Assembly (NCBI GenBank): GCA_013265495.1
Contig: MU058781.1
Location: forward strand, 1,964,963 to 2,022,913
Direction: 5' to 3'
DNA from: Vicugna vicugna
Lineage: Eukaryota
Length of the DNA: 57,951 nucleotides
Shown: positions 1-13,235 of the stretch, one piece after another
How positions within the stretch are numbered: the stretch's first letter is position 1
Layout of the letters: each line of letters opens with the position of its first letter
Translations under genes and position numbers: made by a program
The notes under the pieces: model-generated
What the model was told of the DNA's origin: nothing
What the model saw: the letters and a program-made list of their open reading frames with translations, nothing else
The model's database searches: none

Positions 1-385
1 TTGGCTTCTTCCACTCAGCATTATGTTTGTGAAATTCATCTATGTTGTAGCCTGTAAATTTCATTGCTGTATAGTATTCCACTGCATGGATATCCTTCCA
101 TTTTAATGCTGATGGACAACTGAGTTGTCTCCAATATTAGACCATTATGAATAATTAGTGCTACATAGATCATGATCTATTTCTGTGGTGTACATACCTA
201 GGAATGGAATTGCTGGATGATAGGTGTGCACATGTTCGACTTTAATGGAAAATACCAAACTATTTTCCAAAGTGGTTGTACCAATTCCTATTCTCACCAG
301 CAGGGTATGAGAATTTCCATTGCTCCTGACAATGTCTGGTATTTGTATTTAATTTTAATCATTCTGTACTAGGAGTATTTCTTAG
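1..385 (-). mobile_element. old L1 (L1M-type) 3' fragment
   Basis: typical antisense L1M sequence (cattatgtttgtgaaattcatc...ggaattgctgga...ttccaaagtggttgtaccaatt). Confidence 0.8.
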
Positions 386-2308
386 TATGCCACTAAAGAG
401 TTTCTTTTTTCCCATCATTTTGTATCTGAAGATACTTAAAATGATTCTAGTAACTTGTGGAGTTCTGAGTTGACTGCTCATAATGTCAGTAGATGTATAT
501 TAAGAGAAGATCTGTGACCTTGGAAGAGTCACAGTAATAAAATCCAAATAAACAAGACTGGCCCACACAGCATTTAAAAATAACACACGGATTAGGAACC
601 TGACGTAGAGAGTGAACCAACATGCCAGACATGCAGTTGGTGTTGACCTCCTCCTTTCAGAGGGCTACGTGTGTCCCCAGAGCAGGCCCTGATAGTTGTG
701 GTGGCACTGGGTACAGATCGCTGAGTTACCCACTGGGGCCAGTCAGGACTACCTTACAGAAGGAGGATCAGCTGGGGGAGCCCGTCAGCATACAGCTCAT
801 TATTGTGCCACATCTGGCAGCATCTCCTCCTCCAGGAGGCAGCCATAACCACGTGCTCTGGTCAGCAGGAAGCAAGGGACGTGTGTAAGGCTCTTCAGCA
901 GAAATATGCAGTCTGCTCACTGCCCACTTCCTTTCCCACCTACTTGGGCCCCTGAGCTTCCTCACTTCACCTTCTTGCCAACATCCTCAGCCTCTTTGCC
1001 CCTTTGTTCTTTTAATGCACCTTCCTGGGCAAAGCCCAGCCCTGGATGAACTCAACTGTTTACTTTCTCTACATCCATCTCCCAGCTGTTGAGCATTGCT
1101 GGAAAAACCTCACACCCTGCAGATGGTGCCACTATAAACTTAAGGTCACCAACACCATCTGGGCCCTTGTTACTGTTAGGCAGCCCTTCTCTGGTCCCCT
1201 GGTCAGCTTACCTCCCACTCTTGCATTTTTCTAGTACAATGATAACAGATCTTCTTCTGTAATAATGCAGTGCATGCCTATTCAAGACAGAGCTGGCTGT
1301 TGTCTGTTATGCACAGGGTTATTTCAAACTTTCTCTGCTCTCCTTATGGCTCTGGTTTTATTTTCTGTCCATCTACCGAGTCCCAACCCCAAACTCTGCT
1401 GTCACCCTCAATAGGCGATCTCTTCCTGCTTCACAAAGAAAGCTGGGGCCATCTGAAGCAACTCCCTTAACTTTAACCCTTCCTCATCCCTTTCTCCTTC
1501 ATGCCTCCTTGCGACAATAAAGGAAGTGTCTCTCCTTGTGCTCAGGCTGATCCGTCCACCTGACCTCTGGGCCATCCTCTCTTGCCGTCTCAGGAATATC
1601 TCTTTATGCACCTGCTCTCTCTCCTGAATTCCTTCCGGCAGTGGTCAAGCAGGGTCATGTCTTTCCCTTAAGGGCCTGGTGTCAGGGACTTCCTTGGCTT
1701 GACCAAGGCCGCCTTCTAAACAGGGCAGGAAGTAGTGCTGTGGGTAAAACTGTGTCCTTCCCCCTCGACCCCCAATTCATATGTTGAAGTCCTAACCCCC
1801 AGTATCTCAGAATGTCTTATTCTATTATAAGACAAGCTCTATTTGGAGATAAGAATTCCTGCAGACATAATTTGTTAACAATGAGGTTATACTCTCTTTG
1901 GACCTCAGTGTCCCCCTTAGGGACATGAAGAGTAGTTGGATAGTCACTTTTGTGAAGTGCCATTTGCAGTTCCAAACTCTGGGAGCAGAGGTGGCCGGAT
2001 GGGAGAGGGAGTTTAGGAGAGAGGGCTCTGAGCTCTCCATCTCTCCTTTGACAAAAGCAGGTCCAGTTTTCACTGTTTTATAGTTGGGAACTTTTAGTAA
2101 TATTTGACTTTTAAGAAGTTTCATTGTTTAAAAAGTAAAATAAAAAATATAAATCTGCTGGGCTAGGTGATATCTCAGATCCTTTCCAATGGCAATAGCC
2201 TATGATTACAAGGTTTTACGGCTTAAAACATAATGGGTTTGATGAACATATAGCACAGATTTTTCTCAAAAAAAAACCCCTTATTTAATAAAATATCTTT
2301 CTTTTCAG

Positions 2309-2427
2309 TAAAGGAAATTTATTAAGGGACTTACAAAAGGAATTTAATTTTTAAGCCTTTTGAAGACATGTAGAACAGTCACAAATTAGAAAAGCAATTT
2401 TTTTTGGACCATATGTTGGGATTTGAG
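2309..2427 (+). pseudogene. candidate pseudo-exon (RGS domain start-like)
   Basis: ctttcttttcag acceptor; KGNLLRDLQKEFNF*AF*RHVEQSQIRKAIFF; 3' boundary uncertain. Confidence 0.45.
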
Positions 2428-3932
2428 GTTTTAGAAATATTCTCACCGTCCACGTGGGGTTGTTGGACCCATGTGCAAGCGAGCCCTTGCACGCAGATAG
2501 GATCTTCAGATGACAAGCCCTTGAGAAGAGTGACTGCCTCTGTTCCATCTTTGTTCCCACAGGGCCTACTGCAGTACCCAGTACAAAGCAGTTGCTCAAT
2601 GAATGTTTGTTGAATGAGGACGTATGATGAAGTAGACCCTTTCCCTGGAGCTCTGTGAGCATTCTTGTGGTAGGAAAGAGAAAGAACTTCTTTCTCAAGG
2701 AAGGCATGTGTGGAGAGGAGTCCGGAAAGGCGGCAGAATCCGGAAGAGGGGCAGTGCTCTTGGCCTCGGCGTGGGTGAAAACGGCTTCTGCTTTAGGATG
2801 ACTATTTCTGTGGGATGGGGTACTCAGTTGAGGAAGGCAGCTCTTATGGCTTCCTCAGGATAGTCTGCCTAAGCTCCTGGTTTCCTGGCGATCCATTTCA
2901 TTTCCCACACTGAGATCAGTGGACCACTGAGCCTACATTTTCCCCATTTCTCCTTGGATATTTCCCATGTCTGGTATCTGATCCTTATATTTAAGGTCCT
3001 TGATAGGAAGGCACATGGGTAGTTACTAAGACAAGCCAGGTTCTGCAGCCATTTTCATTTCTCATTTGGCCATATGCAACTGGAATGCGGTAGGATGATC
3101 ATGGCAGGAAGGGCAGCGGCCTGAAATCAGGGGACCTCGGCCATTTCTAGGCCCCATTTTCCACATGTGTGAGATGAAGGGCTCAGACGAAAATGTGTCC
3201 TCAATTCTGCGTCTCATTTAGGTTATCACTTGGACATATAATTGGTGGGATACCAGGAAAGGTATTATTGACCAAAGAGAGTATCTCTCTTCCTCTTTCT
3301 CTCTGTCTCTGACTCTCTGTCTCTAGCCCTGTCACACGGTATGGCTTTTCCACTTTGCTTGTGCCTTTGCGATAAGGCCTCGGAGACAATGGTGAAAACG
3401 CAGTGCTATTTAATTAAAATGCACAGGAGCTACGCATTTATCAGTAGTGAACATCATACATTGATGCATTTCTCTGGTTACTCTTTCGCCGCCTGGGTAG
3501 TTTCCTGAGGGAATGGGGCTTAACCTGGGTCAGATTTATGGGTAAAGGTGTCAGAAAGACCCTCATCACGGGGCCAGACAATGTTCCTTAAAGGACAACA
3601 TCAAGAGAACGAGGGGCAGAGCCCAGGGGCTGAAACCAGCTGGGCCCCTTTTATGGCTCTGAGGGCAACTCCAGGCCCAGGACTCATCCACCAGCAGAGC
3701 CCCCTGGCTATTCACTGTCGGGCCACTGACAGTGCCTGAACTAGGGGCCTCTTGAAACTACACACTTACTAACTTGTCTTCCTTAGTAAAATTTTAGTCC
3801 CCTAGGCTGTGGAGCCTTGCTGAGATGCTGCTTGCCAGCTGATGATGGAGCCCTTCTACCATGCTGGGATTTGCAATTTATTTTGGTAGGTCACTAAGAT
3901 AGAAGGACACAGTTAAACTCTTCATTCCGCAG

Positions 3933-4042
3933 GCCATCAGCCACCTACTTGCAGAGCAAAAAATCAGATTTTTTCGCTGCTCTTTGGCAGAAAGACTGTG
4001 TTCTTCAACCTTCTCTTGTGTCCCATTCAGAATTCTAACCAG
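3933..4042 (+). pseudogene. candidate pseudo-exon
   Basis: ttcattccgcag / cag|gtaacc; open frame AISHLLAEQKIRFFRCSLAERL... Confidence 0.5.
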
Positions 4043-4441
4043 GTAACCTATGAAAACTTCTTCTTAGTTACGGTATATCTGTTTTTCCATGAGGATTTAA
4101 TACCGTAATGCTTTGGACATACTTGAATTTGGCTTAACAGCCAAATTGGGTGATTTTGGCTCAATTTAACCAGCTTAAATATTGTTAGTGTTTAGATATT
4201 CAAATGACCTTGGTTCTATCAGAACGATTCCTAGAGAATACTGGCTTTTAAGTGAATTGGAAATGTTCAGGTATGTTTTTGAAGATCTCCCAAACAAGCC
4301 CCTCCTTTGTGTTAGTTAAGACTCGGTAAAGAGAACGAGAGGACAAGAGCTGTCCATTAGCTCATCTCTGTGCACATCCACATGTGCACCCTGGAGGCAG
4401 AGCAACAGAATAATTCATGTTTTCAAATTTTCTGCAAACAG

Positions 4442-4516
4442 CAAGATACTCCAAACTACGGCCAAAACCCTGACCAAGAAAAAGGGAATGGCAATGCTCT
4501 CAAAATAAATGAGGAT
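4442..4516 (+). pseudogene. candidate pseudo-exon (75 nt)
   Basis: ttttctgcaaacag / gat|gtaagt; QDTPNYGQNPDQEKGNGNALKINED. Confidence 0.45.
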
Positions 4517-5486
4517 GTAAGTCAGAGTTTTAAGTCCTTTAAACCCTTTTGCACTTAGGTAATGTCTTGCTGAGCGCATGGCCCTGGTTCTTTTCCTGGT
4601 CTTTGCCAGTAGATTCTTAGGAACCTCCTGGCAGAAGAGAGCACACTGTTCGCTACACCTTCCACTCCTCCAGAGTTCTTAGATGCTGACTCTGCATAGG
4701 TACTTTCAGCTGCCTCCTTCTCCCATCTGGTATTCATTTTTATTTCTCCTTCTTGATCAGGCTCTGACTCATCTTTGCCCAGACCGTCAGGTTTCCTGCA
4801 GGCCTTGTTTTCCCAGACGTGGTGCCCCACCCGGGTAGCTCAGCTTGCTGTTGTCCATGGGGAAAGGCAGGTCTCGGTCCCCAGTCTCAAAGGACAAGGC
4901 CATGATCACTCGATCATCCAAGTCAGAAATGGAGCATTTTCTTTAGCTCTCCCATTATTCCCAGTCCCCACATCTAATCAGTAATGGGATCTTGTCCTTT
5001 CTAGCTCCTTAGCACCTCCAGCACCCCCCCTCCCTCCCCCATCTCTCCATCTCATTTTCCACTGCCTCTCTCCTGGACTGCTCCCACTGTCTTCACACTT
5101 CATCCTCAAAACAATGGGAAAGACTTGGAAAAGTTTTAACTGGGAAGTAACTTCATCATATTTCCTTGTCACAAAAATCACACTGAATTTAGTGGATGAG
5201 TTGGAAAGGCAGCTGGGATGGTGGTGGAAAGAAATCTGTGACAAAGCTGTGCTAGAGTCTAGATGAGGAGTGAAGAATCTGGATTAAGGCCATGACAGAG
5301 ACGATGGGAAGGAGGGGAAGTGGGTATTTAGGAAGCAGAACGGACAGAGCACAGTAACTGATGGGAATTAGAAGGCAAGGGAGAGGGAGTGTCTGTCCTA
5401 AGTGTCTCCCAGGTAGAAGCTTAGGAGATTGGGTGGGCGATGGTCTCATTAGGAGAAAGAGGTAATTTAAAATTAAGAATAAAGAG

Positions 5487-5632
5487 ATAGGAACTACATT
5501 CAGTATCTTGTAATACCCTTTAATGAAAAAGAATATGAAAATGAATATTTGTGTATATATGCCTGACTGGGACATTATGCTGTACACCAGAAATTCACAC
5601 ATTGTAACTGACCGTACTTCAATTAAAAAAAA
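5487..5632 (+). mobile_element. 5'-truncated young L1 3' end inserted into an L2 relic (~4900-6200)
   Basis: ends in poly(A); TSD aagaa(t/c)aaagag at 5475-5486 and 5633-5644. Confidence 0.75.
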
Positions 5633-6205
5633 AAGAACAAAGAGGTACTTAAGAAAATGATGAATTTAATGTGACATGTTGAGTTCCAGTTTCATGTGAG
5701 GAATGTCACGTGAGGAGAGAATTCGTGAGCAGTTACATACTTGAGTCTGGGATTCAGAGAGAGGTGCATGTTGAAAATACAGATTCTGAGTCATGAGCTT
5801 ATAGCTGGTAGTTAAAGCAAGGGAATACATGACACCAGTGGACACAGCTTATAAAGTAAGAAAGGAAGATTGTGGGCCCCTGAGGATACCACAGAGGGGA
5901 GGGGCTGAGAGGTAGGAAATTCAGGATGCTGTGTTGTTACAGAAAGCAAGAGAAGAAAGAATTTGACAATTAGATTATGGATGTTCTTAAGGAAATTAAT
6001 TTCAGCGGAATGATGGGGACAGAAGACAAATGCCACTGAGTTGAACAATGAATGAGAGGTGAAAAGTTTCGGACAGTGAGTCTAGATTTCTCTTTCTAGA
6101 AACATTACCATAAAGACAAGAGAGGAAATGGGATACAGAAGTGATGACATGAGAGATTGTGGTCTTAGCCCATGTGGCCAGTGCACAAGAGAACAGAAAG
6201 GAATC

Positions 6206-6757
6206 TATGAAGGTTATTATATCTGTCATCTTGACTGGGCCAAGGGGTGCCCAGATATTTGATCAAATACTATTCCGGGTGTTCCTGTGAGAGTGTTTTT
6301 GGATAAGATTAACAGTTATATGATTTAAATAAGTAGACTGAGTAAAGCAGATTGCCCTCCCTATTGTGGGTGAGCCCTATCCAATCAGTTGAAGGCCTGA
6401 ATAGAGCAAAAAGACGGACTCTCCCTGAGTAGGAGAAAATTCCTGCTGCCTGAGTGTCTTTGAACTGGGACACTGGCATTTTGCTGCTTCTTGACTCAAG
6501 TGAGACATTGGCTGTTACTGGGCCCGTGAGTTTTGGACCTGCTTCAGACTACACCATCAGTTCTCCTAGTTCTTGGGTCTTCAGACTGGGTCTGGGTTAG
6601 ATCATTGGCTCTCCTCAGTCTCCAGCATGGCTACTCACCCTGCAGATCTTAGGACTTGCCCATCTCTACGATTCCATGAGCCACTTCCTTACAATAAATC
6701 ATATGTATATACCATCGTGTTATTGCTTCTGTTTCGATGCAGAATCCTCACTAATAC
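6206..6757 (+). mobile_element. MLT2-type ERVL solo LTR
   Basis: cttgactgggccaaggggtgcccagatatttg...agaatcctcactaataca. Confidence 0.8.
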
Positions 6758-7339
6758 AGCACAGCATGGAAAAGAAAAGGGGAAAAAGAGGAAATAAGGA
6801 AGGAAGGGAGAGTGAAGGGAAGGCGTGGGATGGGATGGATGAGGTTCATGAGAGCCTACGTGCTTCAAGAATGTAGGGAGAGGGTGGGTGACTGTTTAGC
6901 CGCCTGTAATCTCTGATGGCATTGATGACTCATTCCTGTTATGTAATTAGAATTCGCCTTCAGACTTTGCTGTCTTGGAGTTTCTTGTCTTGTAGAAGTG
7001 GGACTTCCTAGTTTGGCTTGTTTTCTTGTTACTTAGGAGCTGTTGCTAGCGTAAGGTCATACTTAGAAAATTGAACCCTCAATCAGATTACTCAGAGACT
7101 TGGCTGCTTTCTCCCTGGCCATTTTGTCTTTAGGTTGAAAGAGAAACAGCTCACTTTCCTAAAGTGACATCACACATCACTTTGAAATATGCTCTATAGG
7201 CCAGCCCTGAAATCTATGGTTTCTTTCTTTTTTTTTTTTTTTTGATACTCATGGAAGAGAAGCTTTTGTTTTAAAAAAAAAAGTTTTAATTTTTAAAAAA
7301 TGTTACTCTAAAATGCTTCTCTGATAACCCAGTTTTTAG

Positions 7340-7372
7340 GAAACTACCTGCTGAACAGAAACAGCAGCAGAG
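7340..7372 (+). pseudogene. candidate 33-nt micro-exon
   Basis: gtttttag / gag|gtaaga; KLPAEQKQQQ, phase-compatible with the segment at 7946. Confidence 0.5.
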
Positions 7373-7945
7373 GTAAGAATCTGTCCAGCTCACACCCAAT
7401 TCATTTTTGCCTTAGTGATATGGTAACCTCAGAAACGGTTAGAGGGATTTAAATGAGAGAGTTATTGTGTGCTTAAGATTCATTTTGTGTCTGCTCTATT
7501 TCTATAATCTTTCTTGTTGTAATATTACCGTGACAAAGAGAAATCACTTTATTTATGGTTGTAGCAGATGCCATTTGGAGTATCTGCCCAGTCGCTCTGC
7601 TCTCACAGAGTGGTCAGCTCCAGATTTCAGTTTGGACAACATGATGCTTTTCTGTTCACAGCTGCCTAGACCTGGCGTAGATGCCTGACCGAAGTTCAGA
7701 GTCAAAGTCCTTCACACACTGAGTCACTCACACAATCCTTCTCCAAGTGTGAACTTGGGAGCATGGCTGCATCTTTGCCTCTGGTACCATGAGATATATC
7801 CTGTCCTTACAATGACCACCTCTCTTCCTCTCTCACTACCCCACCCTCAGCTGAGCTGACTTGAACTGTGTTTTATTACTTGCAGCCAAAAGAGTCCTAA
7901 TTTATTTAGTTATAATTAAAAAAAATAAAAACTTTCCCTTCTTAG

Positions 7946-8103
7946 GTTGTATAAGAATTTCAATGGCAACAGCTGGGAACAGTGGGATGGGGCATCCAGT
8001 GTTCTCACCAAACAACCACCATACTCTCTAACCCCTACCTCATCCCAAGAAAGCCTCAGGAACTTGTCACAAAAGAGACTGGAGGAAATGTGGCCTATGA
8101 CAG
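7946..8103 (+). pseudogene. candidate pseudo-exon
   Basis: actttcccttcttag / cag|gtgatg; overlaps ORF 7947..8150 (LYKNFNGNSWEQWDG...). Confidence 0.5.
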
Positions 8104-8677
8104 GTGATGTGTCTGAATCCACCAGGATCACACATGTATCTACCTGTTGACCCAGCAAGGGCATTTGCAGGAATGTATTGTTACAGATATGCTTGTACAG
8201 GTGAAAAAAAGAAGTACACAGATATACATAATTGGATAGGTACAAAAAAAAACATCGTGGAAGGTTACTTGGTAAAGCACTGTTGATGAGAGCAAAATAC
8301 CAGAGACAGTCTACATTTCTATTAACGCAGAACGGGTTAAATAAATTATACAAATCCACACAACGGAGTAAGTACTATGATGCTGTGAAAAAGGGTGAAC
8401 AAGGTCTTAGAAAAGAGCATGGTGCGAGACGGGCTATCATTGAGGGATACGGATATCTATTCAAATTTGCTTCTATGTATACATTGAGAAAGGACTCTGA
8501 AAAGTGAGACAAATAAACGAAGAGCAGTAGTTCACTTGTGTCTGTGACTGTGTGTGGGGCAGGGAGCTGCGGGGGGAGCTTAGCTAGAAGATGAGAGTCG
8601 GAAGGAGGCTTTGCCAGATACTTCTTAAGAGGTTTTAAGCAATGTCATACAGTGTGTTGTCAGCCATTCAAAACAAA

Positions 8678-8775
8678 GTGAGAGAGGGAGATGGAGAGGG
8701 ACAGAAAGAGAGAGAGAAGAGAGGGAGAGAAAAAAGAAGGACGGAAAAAAGGAAGAAAAGGGGAGAGAGAGGAAT
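8678..8775. repeat. purine-rich (GA/GAA) low-complexity tract
   Basis: gagagagggagatggagagggacagaaagagagagagaagagagggagaga... Confidence 0.8.
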
Positions 8776-8871
8776 CAATGGCTCTTAACAAAAATGATAC
8801 CTTTGCTTTAATGGAATCTGTTAGACTATTCCTGGTAAAGAAAATACCTGGCACTGCTTTCCCCTGAGCAG

Positions 8872-9186
8872 GAGAAACACTGACACTCGTGAACAGGGCA
8901 CAGCTCTGGCCACAGACGGGGTTGTGTCTGAGTCGCCCCTAAGGGGCAGGAATCACGGCAGACCTAGAACCTCTACCATCTCCAGCTATGGCCACCTCAG
9001 CCAGAGACAGCCTTCTCCTGGATGAGCGAGGGGAACCCACAACTCCATCAAGCTTTATAGGAGTGAGACTGGACGTTCCTTCCCTGGGGACAAAGTCTAC
9101 TATGCCTCATATTCCACAGTGGAAAGCATGCTGAAAATGTTACACGTCTGAGAGAGAGAAAAGAGTGACTCAAAACTCACATTAAG
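8872..9186 (+). pseudogene. candidate pseudo-exon
   Basis: cccctgagcag / aag|gtaagt; one frame of ~104 codons interrupted only by TGA at 9023 and 9149 (...SETGRSFPGDKVYYASYSTVESMLKMLHV*EREK). Confidence 0.55.
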
Positions 9187-9291
9187 GTAAGTCATCTTAA
9201 CTTGCACTTTTCCTTGAAAAGGAGGATTACTCAGCATCATTAGTGACGAGAAGGCCCGAAGCAGCAACTTCTGAGCTTGCGGCACTGCCCC

Positions 9292-9468
9292 AGGCAGTGC
9301 CGGCAGATAAAAACGGGACACCTAGTTAAATCCGAATTCCAGAGAAACAACAAATAACTTGCATACTAGAATTATACACTAAGCCATACAAAAACTTGTT
9401 TGCTGTTTATCTGAAATTCGAACTTAACTGGGTGGCCTATATTTTTATTTTGCTAAATCCATCAAGCC
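9292..9468. mobile_element. MER53-like palindromic hAT MITE
   Basis: inverted arms agttaaatccgaattccaga / tctgaaattcgaacttaact. Confidence 0.7.
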
Positions 9469-10069
9469 AGGTCCCAGGGACTGGCCTGCCCGAGTGGCAG
9501 CTCTGGCCTCCAAGGTTTAAGTCACGAGTGGGAGGGTCCATTTGTCTGTCATTCCACGGAAATGATGACCACGCACCCCATCATCCAAGAACCAGTCAGA
9601 TGGACTGATGCCTGCCCACCTCCTCATCTATCAGATGGATGCCATCCAGCCTTCTGTTACTGCTCCCCGTCCCACAGACATGGCACGGATACCCCCTTCC
9701 CTTGGACAGGTGAAGCTCACGGCTACCAACAGAATGACGTTTGACAGACTTTGTGTTTCTAACAGGAAATAGGGATTTGTGCTGTCCTCCCAAATTTTCT
9801 CACCTGGACTGCCCACTCTCATGACTTAAAAAGACAGAATGACATTGTATTGAGTCAAAAAAATCCCCTTCTAATAACCAGAATATGGTCTGAGGCAGCC
9901 CCTGCCAAGAGTCAAGGTATCTGGTGAGCCTTGAAGGCAGTGGACCACCGTGGCGGCTGCGTCGTCTGAGTGGGGCATGGTTGGTCTGGTGAAACATCCT
10001 CCCCACAGCAGAGACCATCTTTCTCATTATGAGGTGGCCTGCTCATGTCTTGCCTGTGATCCCCACCAG

Positions 10070-10293
10070 AGAAGGCAGTGAGGCTGTCCTCAGAGATGTC
10101 AGCTCTTTATCTGCCCTTCACTGGGTCAAGGCGCAGATCATGCTCATGCAGTACGGCTCAGATTTCCTCCAACATCAAAGAGAAAACTCTCAAATTTGAG
10201 AAGACCTCTTGGAATGCATGCCCTTGGGTTACATGCAGTCCATGTGTATGGCCAGCTCTGGGATTACAACACACATAATGACAGTGAACACAG
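10070..10293 (+). pseudogene. candidate pseudo-exon
   Basis: ccccaccag acceptor; EGSEAVLRDVSSLSALHWVKAQIMLMQYGSDFLQHQRENSQI*EDLLEC; donor weak. Confidence 0.4.
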
Positions 10294-10966
10294 GTCCCAG
10301 CGCCCCACCTCCCCAGGACGGAGGTGATGTGTAAACCCCATGAATGATAGGCCTGTCTTCTCTGAACCTCTGCCCTCCCAGGTTCTAACTCGGTGAGCTG
10401 ACAGCCTAACTTCTGAATGGTCCAAAGGACTGCAGGCATAGTCATGAATAGGGTTTGGCTTTCTGGAAAAGACAGGCTGGGGGAAGAACAGTTAAAGACA
10501 ACAGCCGTGCTAGATGAGCTGCAGCTCACCAAATAAAAGCTAAAGCCACCAGCAGCCATGATTTAAGAAGAGAAGGGCAACCCCTGAAGTCGTGACTCGG
10601 ACGGCAAACCCTGCCCACAGGGTGGGTGAGGAGCTGGGTGTGCTACATCGCAGACTGATTTCAAAGGGTGGTGAACCCAGCGGGGTTTTTAGGGCAGACA
10701 CACAATTGCCTGCAAACAAGTCGCAGGTACAACGAGCAGCGTTTTGTGTTTCTCTGCAGGTTTTCTCTTTGGTCTCTTGAGGGAACTGGGAGAAACCCAA
10801 ATCTGAAACTCAAGCCTGCCTTGGTCATTATTTTCCCTTAAACTAGATCTGAATCTCAGGAGATCTCCTGCTTTATTTGCCGAATTCTACTGGGAACTGA
10901 GTGCACCAAATATTATTCTTATTATGTTGGGCTAATATTTTTTTGCTGGAAACACATCATACCAAG

Positions 10967-11199
10967 ATGTCTTGGACTCCTTCCTTTGCCAGACTATTTG
11001 AAAGCCCAAGTGAGCAGATATCCAACTTCCGGGCTGATCCAGGCTTTTCATGATCAAGCCAGGGCAGGCAAAGATTCCAGGAAAAGTCTCCTGGGAAGGC
11101 CAAGGAGTTCTGAAAGTATCCGTGGACAAACAGATGCAATATTCTGGGGCAAATTCTAACTCGGCTGAGCTGATGAAGTGCCTTGTGGATTAGTGGCAG
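10967..11199 (+). pseudogene. candidate pseudo-exon
   Basis: cag|gtaggc donor; CLGLLPLPDYLKAQVSRYPTSGLIQAFHDQARAG... Confidence 0.4.
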
Positions 11200-11474
11200 G
11201 TAGGCTGACTGTGGCCGGGGTCCTGGCACCTGAGGCCAGAGCTGGGGGGACCCGCCAGCCATTCAAATGCTCTTTGGCTGCAGAGAAACAGGTGAAGTCA
11301 AGGGGCATCCAGCAGGGACTGGATTTTTGGACACAGTATTGCCAGGCAGACATCTGGCCAAGCCTGCGGGGATGTGGGAGGAACCCAGGGTGCTTTTAAT
11401 CTCTCCCAGCCTTTCCCCTGTCTACTCCTCTCCCCTCACCCCACCTGCAGCAGCCTAATGTAGCAGGAGGGAGT

Positions 11475-11660
11475 TCAGTGTTTCTCAGGTGAGATGCACA
11501 GGCCGCCTGCATCAGACTCACTGGAAACACTACTTTATCATCCCAGTTCTTGAGGCCTGGTGGAGACCTACCCCCTGAGTCTCTGCAGGGGAGGCTTGGG
11601 AACCTGCACTGCTCACAAACACCCCTGGGTGATTCTCTCATGCACTAAAGTTGAGAAGCA
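11475..11660. mobile_element. MER5-type hAT-Charlie element followed by MIR
   Basis: cagtgtttctca...gtgattct..tgcactaaagttgagaagca. Confidence 0.6.
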
Positions 11661-12231
11661 ATAATAGAAGTAAAATGGTCTCTGATTTGCAGCCCAAAAA
11701 CCTGAGTTCAAATCCATTTACTATCTGGATGGTCTTGGGCAAGTCATTTATTCCCTCCCAGCCTCACTTCCCCACCTGAAAACATGGATATGCTATTTTA
11801 TAGGACTGATTTTTTTCTCTCAGAGGACTCAGTGAGATAATACATTGGACAAGGATGGCAAATACTGAGCTCTTGCTGGATTTCAGTACCCAGGACTCTA
11901 AGAGAGATAGAATGGAGATGGTCAACTAATGAAAATCTTCGTAGGCCTCAGGATGTATATATATTTTGTAGCAATTTTCAAAGGCACATATAACTCTTTT
12001 TGGATGGACAATGAGTATGGAGATAACTCGCCAAGTGGCTTGACTACCCACCAAAGCCTAACACGCCCAGGACGGGGATATAGCGCTACAAGGAAGGCAA
12101 GGTGATAAAGAGATGCTTTCAGAAAAGCAGACCCAAGCTAATACAAAAATGGAACAATACATCCGGTAAAGGCAGAGGGTAAAAGCAGTGTCTTCTACAG
12201 GCGTAGAGCAGGGACGCACACGCTCTAAGTC

Positions 12232-12442
12232 ACTGATTCTCACCAAGGGCGATTACGTCCTCCAGGGGACAGCGGGCAAACTCTGGAGGCATTTTTGATG
12301 CTCATAACTGGGGGTTCTATGGCATCTGGTGGGCAGAGGCCCGGGATGCTGCTGAACATCCTGCAGCCAGTGCAGAGGACAGTTTCCCATAACAGAGAAT
12401 TACCTGGCTCACGATGTGAACAGCGCCGAGGCTGAGAGCCCA
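12232..12442. mobile_element. MER20-like DNA transposon
   Basis: gggacagcgggcaaactctggaggcatttttg...gggatgctgctgaacatcctgca. Confidence 0.75.
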
Positions 12443-12878
12443 AGCTCCAAGTGAGCGCGGAGACTGAGTCCTGGGTGATGCAAGGAGGCCTCTGGGTGGT
12501 TCAACACCTCCCGAGCCACAGCCTCCTGCTGCTGCGTTGCGAAGTCTCACAGATGAACAAGGGGACCCAGTGTCCGGCAAGCTGGCAGACCACTAACCTC
12601 TTCCCACTTCATGTGTTCAGTGTAGCCAGTTTCCTATTTGTTTCCACAATGAAACAATCAGGGAAGGCATTCCTAGAGCTTTGGAAAAGCAGAAGTGTGG
12701 CTCTCTGCAGGAGAGGGAGGAGGCAATGGTCTCGTTTTTTTACCAGGAGGGTAGAGCACTAAGAAGGGACCGCGGGGCCGTGTGGTTCAATAGGGTTTGC
12801 CCCTCTAAGGAGCCATGTCCAGGCACATGGAGTGGAGCTTCTGGGCTTAGAGGGAGGGATGTCGTGGAGGGTGCTTAG

Positions 12879-12999
12879 GACTGGGATCTGATCCAAAAGG
12901 CTGTTGGTTTATGACGATCCTTTGCTAACATCTTACTTCCTGCTATGATTCTTGGCTGCACTTCATGGATCTTCCCCAATGCTTCCACATCAGTGTTTG
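12879..12999 (+). pseudogene. candidate pseudo-exon, RGS22 N-terminus-like
   Basis: LLVYDDPLLTSYFLL*FL (from 12901) resembles recalled RGS22 LATDDFLVDYFNEFL; splice sites weak. Confidence 0.45.
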
Positions 13000-13235
13000 G
13001 TTAACCAGCTCTCTGGCTTTCCCCCTCCACTTGGTCCCCTGTCTCTTCTTGTCACCTCTTTCCTGGCATGGCTTGAGCTCTGAGGATGAAGCTCTGCAAA
13101 CCAATCTCTTTGGGTGCCCCGGGCCCCTGCACAGACTCCGTGTGCAGAGCTGGCTTCCCAGTTTCTTTCTCAGGACTCCACCCACATCCCCTGGGACCTC
13201 TTTACCGCTTTCATGCCCACTGCCCTCCGGTGTGC

